Source: Chiloscyllium plagiosum (taxonomy: Eukaryota). Taken from it: 64,000 nt of DNA. A program made the position numbers and the translations under genes. The DNA lies in assembly GCF_004010195.1 (NCBI RefSeq), contig NC_057718.1, positions 62,666,311 through 62,730,310 on the forward strand, given 5' to 3'. A model generated the notes under the pieces. It did no database searches. It was not told the origin of the DNA and saw only the letters and a list, made by a program, of their open reading frames with translations. Shown in pieces: positions 1 to 11,365 of the stretch (within the stretch, counting starts at the first letter, position 1; each line of letters opens with the position of its first letter).

Positions 1-35
1 ATGGATTAATGTGCTGCAGAATTGGAGAACCTACA

Positions 36-440
36 CATAGAGTCATACTGCATGGAAACAAACCATTCAGTCCAACACATCCATGCCAGCCAGACATCCC
101 AAACTGATTTAGTCCTACTTGCCAGCTCTTGGCCCATATCCCTCCAAACCCTTCCTATTTATATACCAATCCAGATGCCTTTTAAATGTTATATTTGTAC
201 CAACCTCCACCACTTCCTCTGGCCGCTTATTCCATACACACTGTGTGAAAAGGTTGCCCCTTAGGTCCTTTTTAAGTCTTTCCCCTCTCACCTTAAAACT
301 ATGCCCTCTAGTTTTGGACTCCACCACCCGAGGAAAAAGACCTTGGCTATTCACCCTATCCATGCCCCTCATGATTTTATAAATCTCTATAAGGTCACAC
401 CTCAGTCTCTGACACTGCAGGGAAGAAAAGCCCCAGCCTA
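36..440 (-). mobile_element. CR1-clade LINE 3' fragment
   Basis: ORF 115..372 (MRGMDRVNSQGLFPRV..KTRGH..GNLFTQ..WN) is the typical CR1 ORF2 C-terminus, followed by a CR1 3' tail. Confidence 0.88.
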
Positions 441-474
441 TTCACCTTCTCCCTCTAGGTCAAACCTCAAGTCC

Positions 475-905
475 CATTTTCAGTAGATACCTGAAAACAA
501 CCAAAGGCGTAGAAGCTTAGCTCCATGGTGACCTTCAGTTCACTGAGTGGCCATCTGCTTATCTGTCACCACAGCACACAGTGTGATGGCAGACACCCAG
601 AACAGGCATAGTCTTCAGTGACATTGCCGTTCACTTATCTGAGGAGTCTTCATCTTTTGATTGTTTTTCATCCTCAAGACAGTAGCCCTTACCTGTAGGC
701 TAGTTCCTTCTGTACACAGGAGGCTGCTCATGTTTTCCTCTGCCCTTTTTCTTCCTGCCCTTCCTGAGGGTGATGTTCCAATTGTCCATGTTGCTGCTAT
801 CCCTCAACCTGGTTGGTGAAGCTATCTTCCTCTCTGCTATACTCCTCAGTAGAGCCTCCCTTTCCAGGAGCACAATGACCATAGCAGTTGGAAACACAGC
901 CAACT
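475..905 (-). mobile_element. Decayed PIF/Harbinger transposase, N-terminal part
   Basis: Minus strand gives ..PPVYRR.. and LKVTMELSFYAFGCFQVST, resembling the HARBI1-family 'LKVTAALNFYASGSFQ' helix. Confidence 0.55.
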
Positions 906-1018
906 GTTTCTTAACCAGAAAACGCCTTCATTCTACCTACACTTTCTTCCTCCCCTTTTATAATGTGCAGAAATCCAGTTCTCAGGTAGCACTCTAGCAA
1001 CACATCCCTCCGTTCTGG

Positions 1019-1618
1019 TGTGACGATACTATGGCTTTAAGAGGTATATTTTGTCCTTTACTTTATGAAGTGAAATTGAAACAGAGGTAATGACCAGTCT
1101 GCTCAGGCTAATAAAGTAAACAGTTTGGGAGGCCTTGAGTTTTGTTTTAAAAAAAAATGTTGAAACAATAAAAGCAGCATGAATGGGTGGAGTCAGGCTC
1201 CCACAAAACCAGGGTTTCAGTTTAGTTTCAATAGTTGGGGTTTTGAAGTGCCTTAGATGGGGTTACAGCTTAAAGCTGGGGTTCTCTCTGCCACCAGAAT
1301 TGTACGTGAGAAAATTATTTTATTGAATTTGCCTTTGCCAAGGGTGTGTTTGTGGGATATTACTATATTAGAACAATTGCTGTTTAGTTAAGTAATCTGT
1401 CTTCCTGTTAAATTTTCTAATACAGTTAAAGTTAGACCAATCTTCTTTCGTTTGTTTCTATTTTAACTGTAGAGTAAGAATAAAACATGTTTTGCTTAAA
1501 GCTGAGTAGTATAACCAATCAAATTACATCTGGAACATTGCAGCACCTTGTCCTTAAATAAGGGTCTCGGCTATCTCCTTGATATATTTTAAAGGGGGAT
1601 TTGTTCTGATCCATAGCA
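1019..1618 (+). repeat. 5' LTR of the Gmr1-like element
   Basis: Starts TGTGACG, ends ..TAGCA, contains AATAAA at ~1479, followed by degenerate PBS-like tgtgggcttttgtcacgat. Confidence 0.6.
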
Positions 1619-3675
1619 AACTGTGGGCTTTTGTCACGATCAAAATCTCTAATTCCAGGTTGGGTTTGGGATTATTGGCCTCAAAGACAGTGAGTGGTGA
1701 GTGTTGGTATTTTTTCCACATATAGTATTTGGTTGGTTTAAATAAGGTGTGCTTTGTGTAATAGAGCACAGTCGCTAAGAATTTCCTGGGAGTGGAAGAA
1801 GTCACTTTGGGTTTTTTACAGAAAATGAGCAAGGCAAAGCTTTTGAAGTTGGCAAACAAATTGAAGTTGGAATTAGCTGTGTCTGTGAGGAAAGGGGAAA
1901 CAATTGCGGCAATAATTCTGTAATTACAATTGCCAGGAATGCAAACTGAATCATGGTAAATGGTTAAAATTGGTGAAGCAAGTTGAATATGAAAAGGAAA
2001 TGAAACAGTTTGAATAACAATTAAACGCAGAGGGAAAAGAAAAGAATAGCCCTGGCAGATCAAAAAAGAAAGGAAAGGAAGGCCCTCATAGAGAAAGGGA
2101 TAAAGAGAGAGAAGAGAGTTCCTGAGCTTTAGAAATTGGAAATGAAAGTAGAAGTCAACTTAAAACAGCAAAAGTAGAAAGTAGGAGTAGTGATGGGGAC
2201 AATGATGAAGAGCAAACCCATCATAGCCAAACGCCTGGTGAGGTCTGCAATAATATGTCCAAACATCACCAAAGTTTGATGAAAAGGACATAGAAGCCTT
2301 TTTCATTCAATTTGAGAAAGTGACTAAACAAATGAAATGGCCAGTGACCATGTGGATGTTGTTGATTCAAACAAAATTGGCGAGGTATTTGCATCACTAT
2401 CAGAGGAGGTATCCAGGGAGAATGAGGAGATGAAAAAAGCCATCTTAAGTGCATACGAATTAGTGCTAGAAGCTAACAGACAATGTTTCAGGAATCTAAG
2501 GAGGGAACCTGGTAAAGCATTTATTGACTTTGAAAGGATCAAAGTAACTTTGATTGGTGGATGAGGGCATTAAAAATAGACCAGTCTCTTAGAGAAACTG
2601 TTATTTTGAAGGAGTTCAAAACTCACTTCCTGAAGTAGTAGGAATTCATGCGGAAGACCAGACAGTTAAAACTGCAAGATTAGCAGCAGAAATGGCAGAT
2701 GATTATGAGTTAGTTCATAAATCAAAATTTGGTTTCTGACAACCATTTCAATGAGGGATAGAAGTTGGAGAAAAGACAAATCCTTAGGTAGTAAAGGAAA
2801 AGGAGATCTCATTGAAAATAGTCAAGATTAATAGTGTTTGATTGTATAAAGTGAGATTAGAGAGTTCGATGAAATTTGGTGGTAAGTGTAAGAAATTCTC
2901 TGTTCCAGAGATAAAGTTTATCCTCGGGAATGTTACACCTGCTTCACAGGTGAGAGTGATACCTACTATGGTTGAAAAGCCAGTGGAGAATCAGACAACT
3001 GAAATATTACAGGAAATATATCCCAAAAATTTTCTTGGTTGTGTCATTACAAGGTCACTAAGCCATAGGTTGAAACGGGAGGAGATATCGAAGAATAAAG
3101 ACAGAGAAGTTGAACTTCAACAATCAGAAACTATGTTTGATCAAAAGGTTGAGAAAAAAATAAGAACAGGTGGAGGACAAACTGGATATTTATTTTTTAA
3201 AAAGCAGATCTATCAAAAAGTAAACACAGAAGAAGAATGTGAGCGTATCCCAGAATGTTGCTACAGTCAGTTCTGCTATAATGGCATGTTGCTTCTACAT
3301 GATTTGGCTTTAATGCGATTGAAGAATTTAGACTGTTATTTGTAGAATCTGAACTTTCCCTTACCTGTATTAGTTATAACATGATTCCAGTCCCATTAGT
3401 TTAAATGGCTCAACTATTGTGCGACTTTCTTATAACACGAGATCGCACAAGATTGGAACTATCGCGTTATTGTCAGAACTGACTGTATTTTAAAAATGAC
3501 GTCTTATTGAGGAAATGGAGACAATTACATATTCAGGCTGATGAAGCATGGGCAGAATTTTATCAAATAAATTGTAATCTTGGTGAGTTACAGAAAGAAG
3601 GCGTGCAGGTAACACATACATCACCAGTAGGAGCTCATTTGGGAAAAAGGAAAACTGTAGCCAAAATACAAAAAC

Positions 3676-6141
3676 TTTTTTTATAGATATTGTTATTGAA
3701 AATTTAACATGTTTTTACACGTTTACAAAAGAAAACTAAAAAAAAACAAGTATAAACATTGATATACAATTAAATTTTAAATAAATAATAACCAAAATCT
3801 ATCAAACAGAAAAAAAAAGAAATACAGAGAGAAAAAGAAAACAAAACTCAACTAACTACTCATCTAACCTACAACTGACTAGAGTGTATGATTAAAACTC
3901 TTACATTATTCAAGAGAGAAAAAAAAACAACGGATAACACAGAAATTAAGTAGTAATTCACATGCTTGGAATGTGTTAACATCAGATCACAACAAAACCC
4001 GTATTCGTGTGGGTCCCGGACCAGCCAGGTTCACCCTCTCAATTAAATAAAGGCCCTTGTTAGGATGACCGAGATATTTGTATTTGTGTAATTCAAGAAG
4101 GGCTGCCCTATTTTATGGAGTAATTTGCTTTTTCTCCTGGTGCACCACATTTGTAAGGAAGTCGGGGGAGTATATTCCATAATTACTCTGTGCCAACTCG
4201 CAAGTCCATGAGGGCCCTCAGCCACCCAGTTTACCAAAATGTTTTTCCTTGCACAGAAAGAGAGAATGGAAAATAATCTCTTCCCTGTCGTAATTTCAGG
4301 TGTTCTTTATCCAATAAATGTGTCTCCTGTAGGAGAGCTATATCAATCCTTCCTTTCTTGAGGTTTGATAATATTTTCTTCCTTTTGATTGGTGAATTAC
4401 TCCCCGTGACATTCCAGGTGCACCATTTGATTGACCGATTACCTATAATCACCGGGCAAGTCCGAGACCCCCCGGGAGAAGAAACCTTATCCAAAACATC
4501 CCGAGCACAGAGCATATAAAATTCACAAAAATAAAGGCTCTTTAATACACTCAGATCAATATAATAAAAAACTATTTCTAAATAAAAAAATATAAAACGT
4601 ATTTAAATGGAGATCTTCCCCCTTATTCCTAGGGGGCATCACTTCCTTTCCAAAAACCCATCATAACCTCTCCCAACCAGTGCCCCACCCTTGACCCAGG
4701 CACCCCACGATAGGATAAAGAAAATTCAAATATACTACTGAGCTAGAATTAACAATGAGTACCCGCCCCCCCCCCCCACCCCCACAACCACACCAACACC
4801 TGGATATATTTGATAATATTAATACCATATATGAACATAAATGACTATAAAATTACAGTCTCAGCAAATAATAATTAAATATAATAATATAGAATAGCAG
4901 GGGAAAACAACCCCACTCCTCAGGACAGAGATAAAATAGGATAAGGTAACCACCTGCCCCCCCATCTACATTAACTAGACACCCTGGCCTATATATATAT
5001 ATATAAAAAAAGGGTAAGAAAATCGCTAAGTAAAGAATAAATAAATAAACCCCTCTTCCCACCCCTCTCCCCCCGGAGATAATATTAAACAATAAGGTAA
5101 TGAAAGGAAAAAAAAGGGGGTAAACCAGGGTGGGGAGAGGGCAAAACAACATCAATTAACTCTCATAATTTATCTAAGAGAGTCCAAACATTCCTTGGCC
5201 TTCTCTGGTGATCCGAAGTTATACACGGACCCTTCATGGCTGAAGCATAGCGTAGCTGGGTAGTACAAGGAGTACAGAATGTTTAAGTCCGTTAAACGCT
5301 TCTTCGCTTCGTCAAACGCCTTCCTCCTTCGGACCAAAGCTGGGGAAAAGTCCTGAAATAATATAATCTTGGATCCCAAGATTTCTGGAAACTTCCAAGA
5401 GCATCTGCCTCTCCTTGTAACTCTGCAGCCAGAACAGGACAGGGCGGGGGCGCTGGTTCGAGCTAGGCCCGTGCACTGCAACCCAGTAGGCCCATTCCAC
5501 CCTTACCTGGCCTGATCCAGCCTCCAGATTTAACAGCTGTGAAAGCCACTATTTGAGAAACGCTGTAAGCTGGCCTTCTTCTTCCCATTCGAGAAGGCCC
5601 AGCAAACGAATGTGATTCTCTAAGGTCCGGACTCGCTGTTTGAGAGTCCGGACCCGATCCACAGTCGATTCTGCTATGGTCTCGGAGGTTGCGGCCTTTA
5701 ACTCCACCTCTCCGACTCGGCACTCAATTTCTTCAATGTCTCGGCTGTGCTTTTGTAGTGCGGCTGAGAGTGAATTCCATTGGCTTCGGGACTCTTCAAG
5801 GAAGACATCGATCTTCGCATGGAGTTTAGAGATTATTTCCGCGAGGCCCGCCACCGTAGGTAAGTCCCCCGGAGTGGCTACGGACACCTCTGCTGCAGCT
5901 GGGGGGTGGGGGTGGAGGAGGGGCTCCTGCTTGCTGAGAACCGCGGGCTCTTTTCCCCCTTCTCATTTTTACAGGAGACTAGACTATTTACGTTTAGTGC
6001 TGAGCAATTAATTACATTAAGTAAAAACTATTTTAAATGATTTAGTGAGTGTGGTAGAGGCGGGTGACCCACTTTGCCCAAGTCTTGGGAGGAGCACTAT
6101 AGACTCAGACTTGCTGAGTTGCCGCCATCTTGGATCTCCCC
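3676..6141 (-). mobile_element. Internally deleted L1-clade LINE inserted into the Gypsy integrase
   Basis: 5' end GGGAGATCCAAGATGGCGG; ORF1 remnant (FQDFSPALVRRRKAFDEAKKRL..YPATL); ORF2 APE start (TWNVTG..KRKKIL..LLQETHL) fused directly to the ORF2 C-terminus; poly-A; flanking acaaaaac(t/g)tttt duplication. Confidence 0.88.
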
Positions 6142-8208
6142 ACAAAAACGTTTTTATTGGCTTAGACTGCAGAGATGTGGTTGAATTTTGCTGGACATGT
6201 CATACATGTTAGGTAATAGGAAAACCTCAGAAATGATAAAACCAGCACCATTAATACTATTCCAGCATTTGAGGAACCTTTTACAAGAGTCTTAATTGAT
6301 TGTGTGGACCCCTTCCTAAAACAAAAAGTGGGAATCAATATTATTTGCCATAATGGATGTATCTACTAGATTACTGGAGGCCATTCCATTGTGCAATATC
6401 ACAGCTAAAAGGATTGTAGAAGATTTAATCAATTTGTTTTAAAAACTAGATACAGATTACACATAGAAGTATAATTAGAAGAAGGGTCTAATTTTACATC
6501 AAAATTAGTCAAGGAAGTTGTGGGTAGCTTAGGAATAAAATAATTTAAATCAACTGCCTACCATCCAGAAAGGCAAGGAACATTAGAACAGTGGCATCAA
6601 ATTTTAAAGAACGTATTGAGGGCTTATAGTCATGGTTATCCAGAGGATTTGGATAAAGGAATTCTATTTTTACTTTTGAAATTACTTTCGCACCAAATGA
6701 ATCAACTAAATTTGGTCCACTTGAATTAGTTTATGGACAAGAGGTGAGAAGACCACTGAAATTAACAAAAAGTTGATAAGTCAGAGTATAAAGACCACAT
6801 ATTTCGGCCAAGTGTCAAATTTTAGAGAGAAAGATTAAATAGAATGGGTGAGTTGGCTGGAGAGCATCTGAAAGTAGGACAGCATGTGATGAGACAGGAA
6901 ACAGACAAGATTCAAAAACTTGTAGTTTCGCGAGAGGAGATGAAGTGTTCATATTACTACCAGTGATAAATGAAAATTTAAGAACAAGATTTAACATGAA
7001 GCATGTTCAAGCCCTTGGCTAAAGAAGGAACATACTGCTGAACTTTTCTTAGTATAAAGTAGAAAACTAAAGAAATAAAAGTTCAGCTTAACAGTTCTTC
7101 TTAGTATAATTTGGAAAATAATGTTGAACTTTTAACCAGTTTCTTCATTTTTCTAGTTGTAATCTAAGATTTTGTACCAAGGTGGCTATGTATCTAAGGT
7201 GGCATCAGGAATGGCAACTTTTTGCACTTTTCACTGTACTTCTGTATCCCTGTACATGAGTAAAATCTAATTGTAATTATAGTGGTCTTTAACAAATCGA
7301 AAGGAGTGAGGTGAATTACATGATAAAAACATCAGATACAAGAAAAACTGTGTCATGTGACTATGTTCACACAGTATTTTGATAGGGGTGGAAAGCAAAA
7401 AAGAGAATGTGGTACTATTTACAACTTGGAGTGAAGATTCAAATCCAGATAAATTTAAATTTGATATTCCTCAATTTAATTTGGATAATGAGTAAGTTCT
7501 CAAAATTGGGGATAAATTATTGAATTATCTTCCATGGGAAAATTGAATGACCTGAATGGGTTATTACAATCACATGGAGAGATATGTCAGAATAAGCTGG
7601 GAAATAATAATATCATTACATCTGACTTAGATAGAGGAAATGCTCTTCCAATTCAGAAACATCCTTGTAGACTTAACCTCTAAAATTAGCACAAATTCAA
7701 AAAGAGATTGAAAGCATGCTCGAACACAATATAATCAAAATGAGTTGCAGTAAATGGAGCTCACTTGTTATGATGGTGCTAAAACCAAATGGTGTCCAAT
7801 GTTTGTGTTGATTACCACAAATTCAATGCAGCTCTGAAATCTCATTCATATCCTATTCCACTGCTGGAAGACTGCATTGAGAAGTTGGGACAAGCAATTT
7901 ATATTTTGTTATATAAAAAAGATACTGGCAGGTGCCTTTTTCCGAGACAGCAAAAGGAATTTCAGCTTTTGTGACACTAAATGGGCTTTACCAGTTTAAA
8001 GTTATGCCATTTGGTATGAAATATGTACCAGCTACATTTCAAAGACTAAACAGAAAAGTCATTTTGTGATTGCCCAATTGTGTTGTCTGCATAGATGATC
8101 TGGTGATGTGATGTGGGTGTCGGTGTGCAATCCTGTAAGAAGATGACAAGAAGATAGAAAGACCTGTTGGGTATTTTTTCCAGAAAATAGAATTTTCATC
8201 AACAGAAA

Positions 8209-8370
8209 TCTGAATAATATCGTTCCTATAGCAGGGAGACTAGAACTGGACACAGTACTCCAAAAGAGGTCTCACCAATGTCCTGTACAACCTCAATGTT
8301 CCCAACTCCTGTACTCAAAAGTCTGAGCAATGAAGGCAAGCATGCTAAACATTTTCTTAACCCACCTATC
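8209..8370 (-). mobile_element. CR1 fragment
   Basis: Encodes LYRTLVRPLLEYCVQF-like motif on the minus strand. Confidence 0.75.
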
Positions 8371-8624
8371 TATTTGCTCATGAATTTTAAAATAGAATAG
8401 GATCACACAGAAATAAATGGAAGCTATTTTCACTTTAAAGTGGATGTAGTGTAGAAAGTGCCATTTTTGCTATTAATGTGCAGCAATTTAAGACTTGGGC
8501 TGTGTTATCTCTTTTGTTTGGCAGTGCTTTTTGTACCAAGTGTTGTTCATGGTACCATGGTCTTTGGCGAGTTTATATGTGCAATCCTCATGTCTCCATC
8601 TCAATAATCATTCATCCAAGTTAT

Positions 8625-8940
8625 GGGCGGCACGGTGGCACAGTGGTTAGCACTGCTGCCTCACAGCGCCAGAGACCCGGGTTCAATTCCCGATTCAGGC
8701 GACTGACTGTGTGGAGTTTGCACATTCTCCCCGTGTCTGCGTGGGTTTCCTCCGGGTGCTCCAGTTTCCTCCCACAGTCACAAAGATGTGCAGGTCAGGT
8801 GAATTGGCCATGCTAAATTGCCCATAGTGTTAGGTTAAAGGGGTAAATGTAGGGGTATGGGTGGGTTGCGCTTCGGCGGGTCGGTGTGGACTTGTTGGGC
8901 CGAAGGGCCTGTTTCCACACTGTAAGTAATCTAATCTAAT
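8625..8940 (+). mobile_element. tRNA-derived V-SINE (HE1-like), full length
   Basis: A/B box head (GGTGGCACAGTGGTTAG..GGTTCAATTCC), V-domain TGTGTGGAGTTTGCAC..TTTCCTCCCAC, CR1-type tail, (CTAAT)n end, caagtt duplication at 8617-8622 and 8941-8946. Confidence 0.9.
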
Positions 8941-9040
8941 CAAGTTCTCCAGTGAATGTTTCAAGGTATCGTGGGGAAAATGCTACAAAGCCAGGAAATG
9001 CTCCTCCAACTGTGGGTCCTGCATTATTATCCTCCAGGAA

Positions 9041-9250
9041 TTGGCTGAAAAAGGCAGGTTAGTTCCACGGTTCAGTGACAGGGACCTGATAGGGAGGAGG
9101 GCAGTAGGTCTTCCTGCTGACTCGCAAAAGAGACCATATCACCAGACTCGGCCAACTTGGACCAAGATAGTTCACTGCAGTGTCACAGGTGAAATGCAGT
9201 GCACAACAGGAAGAAATTTGATTATCTTCTGTGCTCTGCAAGGGTAAGTA
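9041..9250 (+). mobile_element. Decayed Harbinger-type Myb/SANT accessory gene exon
   Basis: AEKGRLVPRFSDRDL..W..I....Q(C)RKKFDYLL..AR across a frameshift, followed by gtaagt. Confidence 0.55.
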
Positions 9251-10069
9251 CCACTGTATTCTCTCTGCCAATTCATGCTGACAGGGCTATCACTCACTCT
9301 CATACTGCCACTGCACACACCTCTAACCAAGGCTCATGATCTAACTGCTTATACTAACACAACTAGTCAAGATAAACACAGAAAGGATGTTCCCAATGAT
9401 TAGGGGGTCCAGAACCAGGGGTCACAGATTAAGTTTATAGGATAGGCCATTTAGAACTGAGATAAGGAGAGAAGTCTTCAACCAGAGAGAGGTGAACCTG
9501 TGGAATTCTCTGCCACAGAAAGCAGTTGAAGCAGTTGCAATTTAATGTGGACAACAGTGAGATTACAAGTAATGTGCTCAGGCCTAGCCTGTATACACCT
9601 TCCACATCTACACACACCTTATTAATAAGAGTTTGAAATCAGAGATGATTCCTCACTTCTCTGAGGAAAAGAAAGCATTTTACCAGATTTTCAAGGGAGC
9701 GCAATGTCATTCAAGGCAATGGGAAGTTTATTTCCTTACTCTAGCTCCTAACACATTGACTTACAGAGGGAAGCTGCGCAAAGCACTGCCTTGTTCAGGT
9801 TAATCACTGTCCTACACGATGCTAAAACATTTCAGGGTAATTTAGCAGTCTACACGAACTCTGAAACATTGAAAGCTAAACAATGATAGAAGTATCAAAA
9901 GGAGAGGCTGCAGGAATTTCCCAATGTGCTGCCTTTTATAACACACCTGAACACTCAAATGTGATATGCTGAATGAAATTTGAAAAACTCCCCAGCATCA
10001 GGATTTTGTGATGTTAGTGCCCTATTGTGTTGGCTGCTGCATATAAATGTTGCTTCCACCGCTGTTAGT

Positions 10070-10830
10070 GTGCTCTGTGCAGTTCTGGAATCCACAATAC
10101 ACTTGCTGTGGTTGAACCAGCATTTTACATAGTTTTGGCATCACCTTCCTGCTCTTAGATTCTATGCCTTGGCTATAAGGCAAGTATCTTAATCACTTTA
10201 TCTTCCTGTCCCACTACCTTAAGGTATCAATGGACATGCACACCAAGATGTCTCAATGCTTCCCAGAGTCCTTGCCTTGTTTGCCTAGCTAAGTGCACCA
10301 CCTCACTCTTATCTGGATTGAGAGGTTGGGGTAAGGTGAGGGATGTGATTGCACTGGAGAGTGAAGACTTGCCAGGATGTTGCCTGGACTAGAAAGTTTT
10401 AGTTACGAAATGAGATTGGATAGACTTGGGTTGTTTTCCTTGGAGCATTGATTACTGAGGGGAGTCAAGTTTGAGATGTATAACATTATGAGGGGCATAG
10501 ACAGGAAGAAACTATTCCCCTTAGTAGAGGGATCAATGACAGGGAGCACAGATTTACTGTAAGTGGCAGAAGATTCAGAGGGGATGTGAGGAAGAATTTT
10601 TTCATCAAAAAGGTGGTGGAAATCTGGAACTCACTGACTGTAAAGGTGCTCAAGGTAGGAACCCTCAAGACAGTTACAAAGTATTCAGATGTGCACTTGG
10701 AATGCTAAGGCATACAAGACTATGGGCTATGTGCTGGAAAATAGGATTAGAATTAATTAGGTGGTTGGTTTTGACAGGCACTGACTCAATGGGCTGAAAG
10801 GCTCTGTGCTGTAGATCTCAATGACTCTGC
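10070..10830. mobile_element. CR1 3' fragment with an inverted internal segment
   Basis: ~10093-10320 reads as CR1 ORF2 on minus; ~10340-10830 is the downstream ORF2 end and tail on plus. Confidence 0.7.
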
Positions 10831-11249
10831 CAGGCCCCCTGACTTCACCCATTTCCTAACCCTCACCAATGTGGCGTCCTTCCCCTCACACTGAGACTCT
10901 CTCGGCATCTTTTCAATGACACTTGGATCCTTTAAACGGTTTGTTTTTTTAAAACCCAGATTACAACAGTCAGTGCTGGTTCCAGGGGTTTGGCTTCTAC
11001 AAAGAAACCCTCCAAAGATTTCTGCACTTGGTGAGTTAGGGTCAGAAGTAGTGATTCCAACCCAGATCCAAAGAATTAGGGCATTGGGATTAGGGAAAAG
11101 GCATATAAGTTATAGGATGGAATACATATTATGAAGGTTAAAGTGTTTAATATCCTTACAAGTGGATAAACAAGCACTGCAAATGAAATGTATCCCACAT
11201 TAGTAATTTGAACAAGGTAGGAAATAGCAGAGTACTTTTAGAGTTGGAA

Positions 11250-11365
11250 TAAAAGTAAAATACTGTGGTTGCTGGAAATCTGAAACAAACAGAAAATGTT
11301 GGAGGAACTCAACAGGCCTGGCAGCATCTGTGGGGAGAAAAACAGAGTTAATGGGTCAAGTTTTC
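11250..11365 (-). mobile_element. Penelope-like element 3' tail
   Basis: Reverse complement of the 'cacagatgctgccagacctg..ccagca..tcagatttccagca' tail also seen at 27350-27430 and 62330-62400. Confidence 0.7.

Larger units (their letters stand above)
1019..8115 (+). mobile_element. Decayed Gmr1-like Ty3/Gypsy LTR retrotransposon (LTR-gag-INT-RT, 3' truncated)
   Basis: TG..CA LTR ~1019-1618; gag remnants (PKFDEKDIEAFF..FEK, KKAILSAYELV); integrase (~3500-3675 plus 6142-6990: EEPFTRVLIDCV, STAYHPERQG); RT (~7600-8115: YPIPLLEDCIEKLG, FKVMPFGMK..PATFQRL, CIDDLV); many stops and frameshifts. Confidence 0.85.

Noticed and set aside
8625..8700. tRNA gene-like sequence (also 14373, 19810, ~25000)
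   Set aside because: These are tRNA-derived heads of V-SINEs, continuous with the SINE body.
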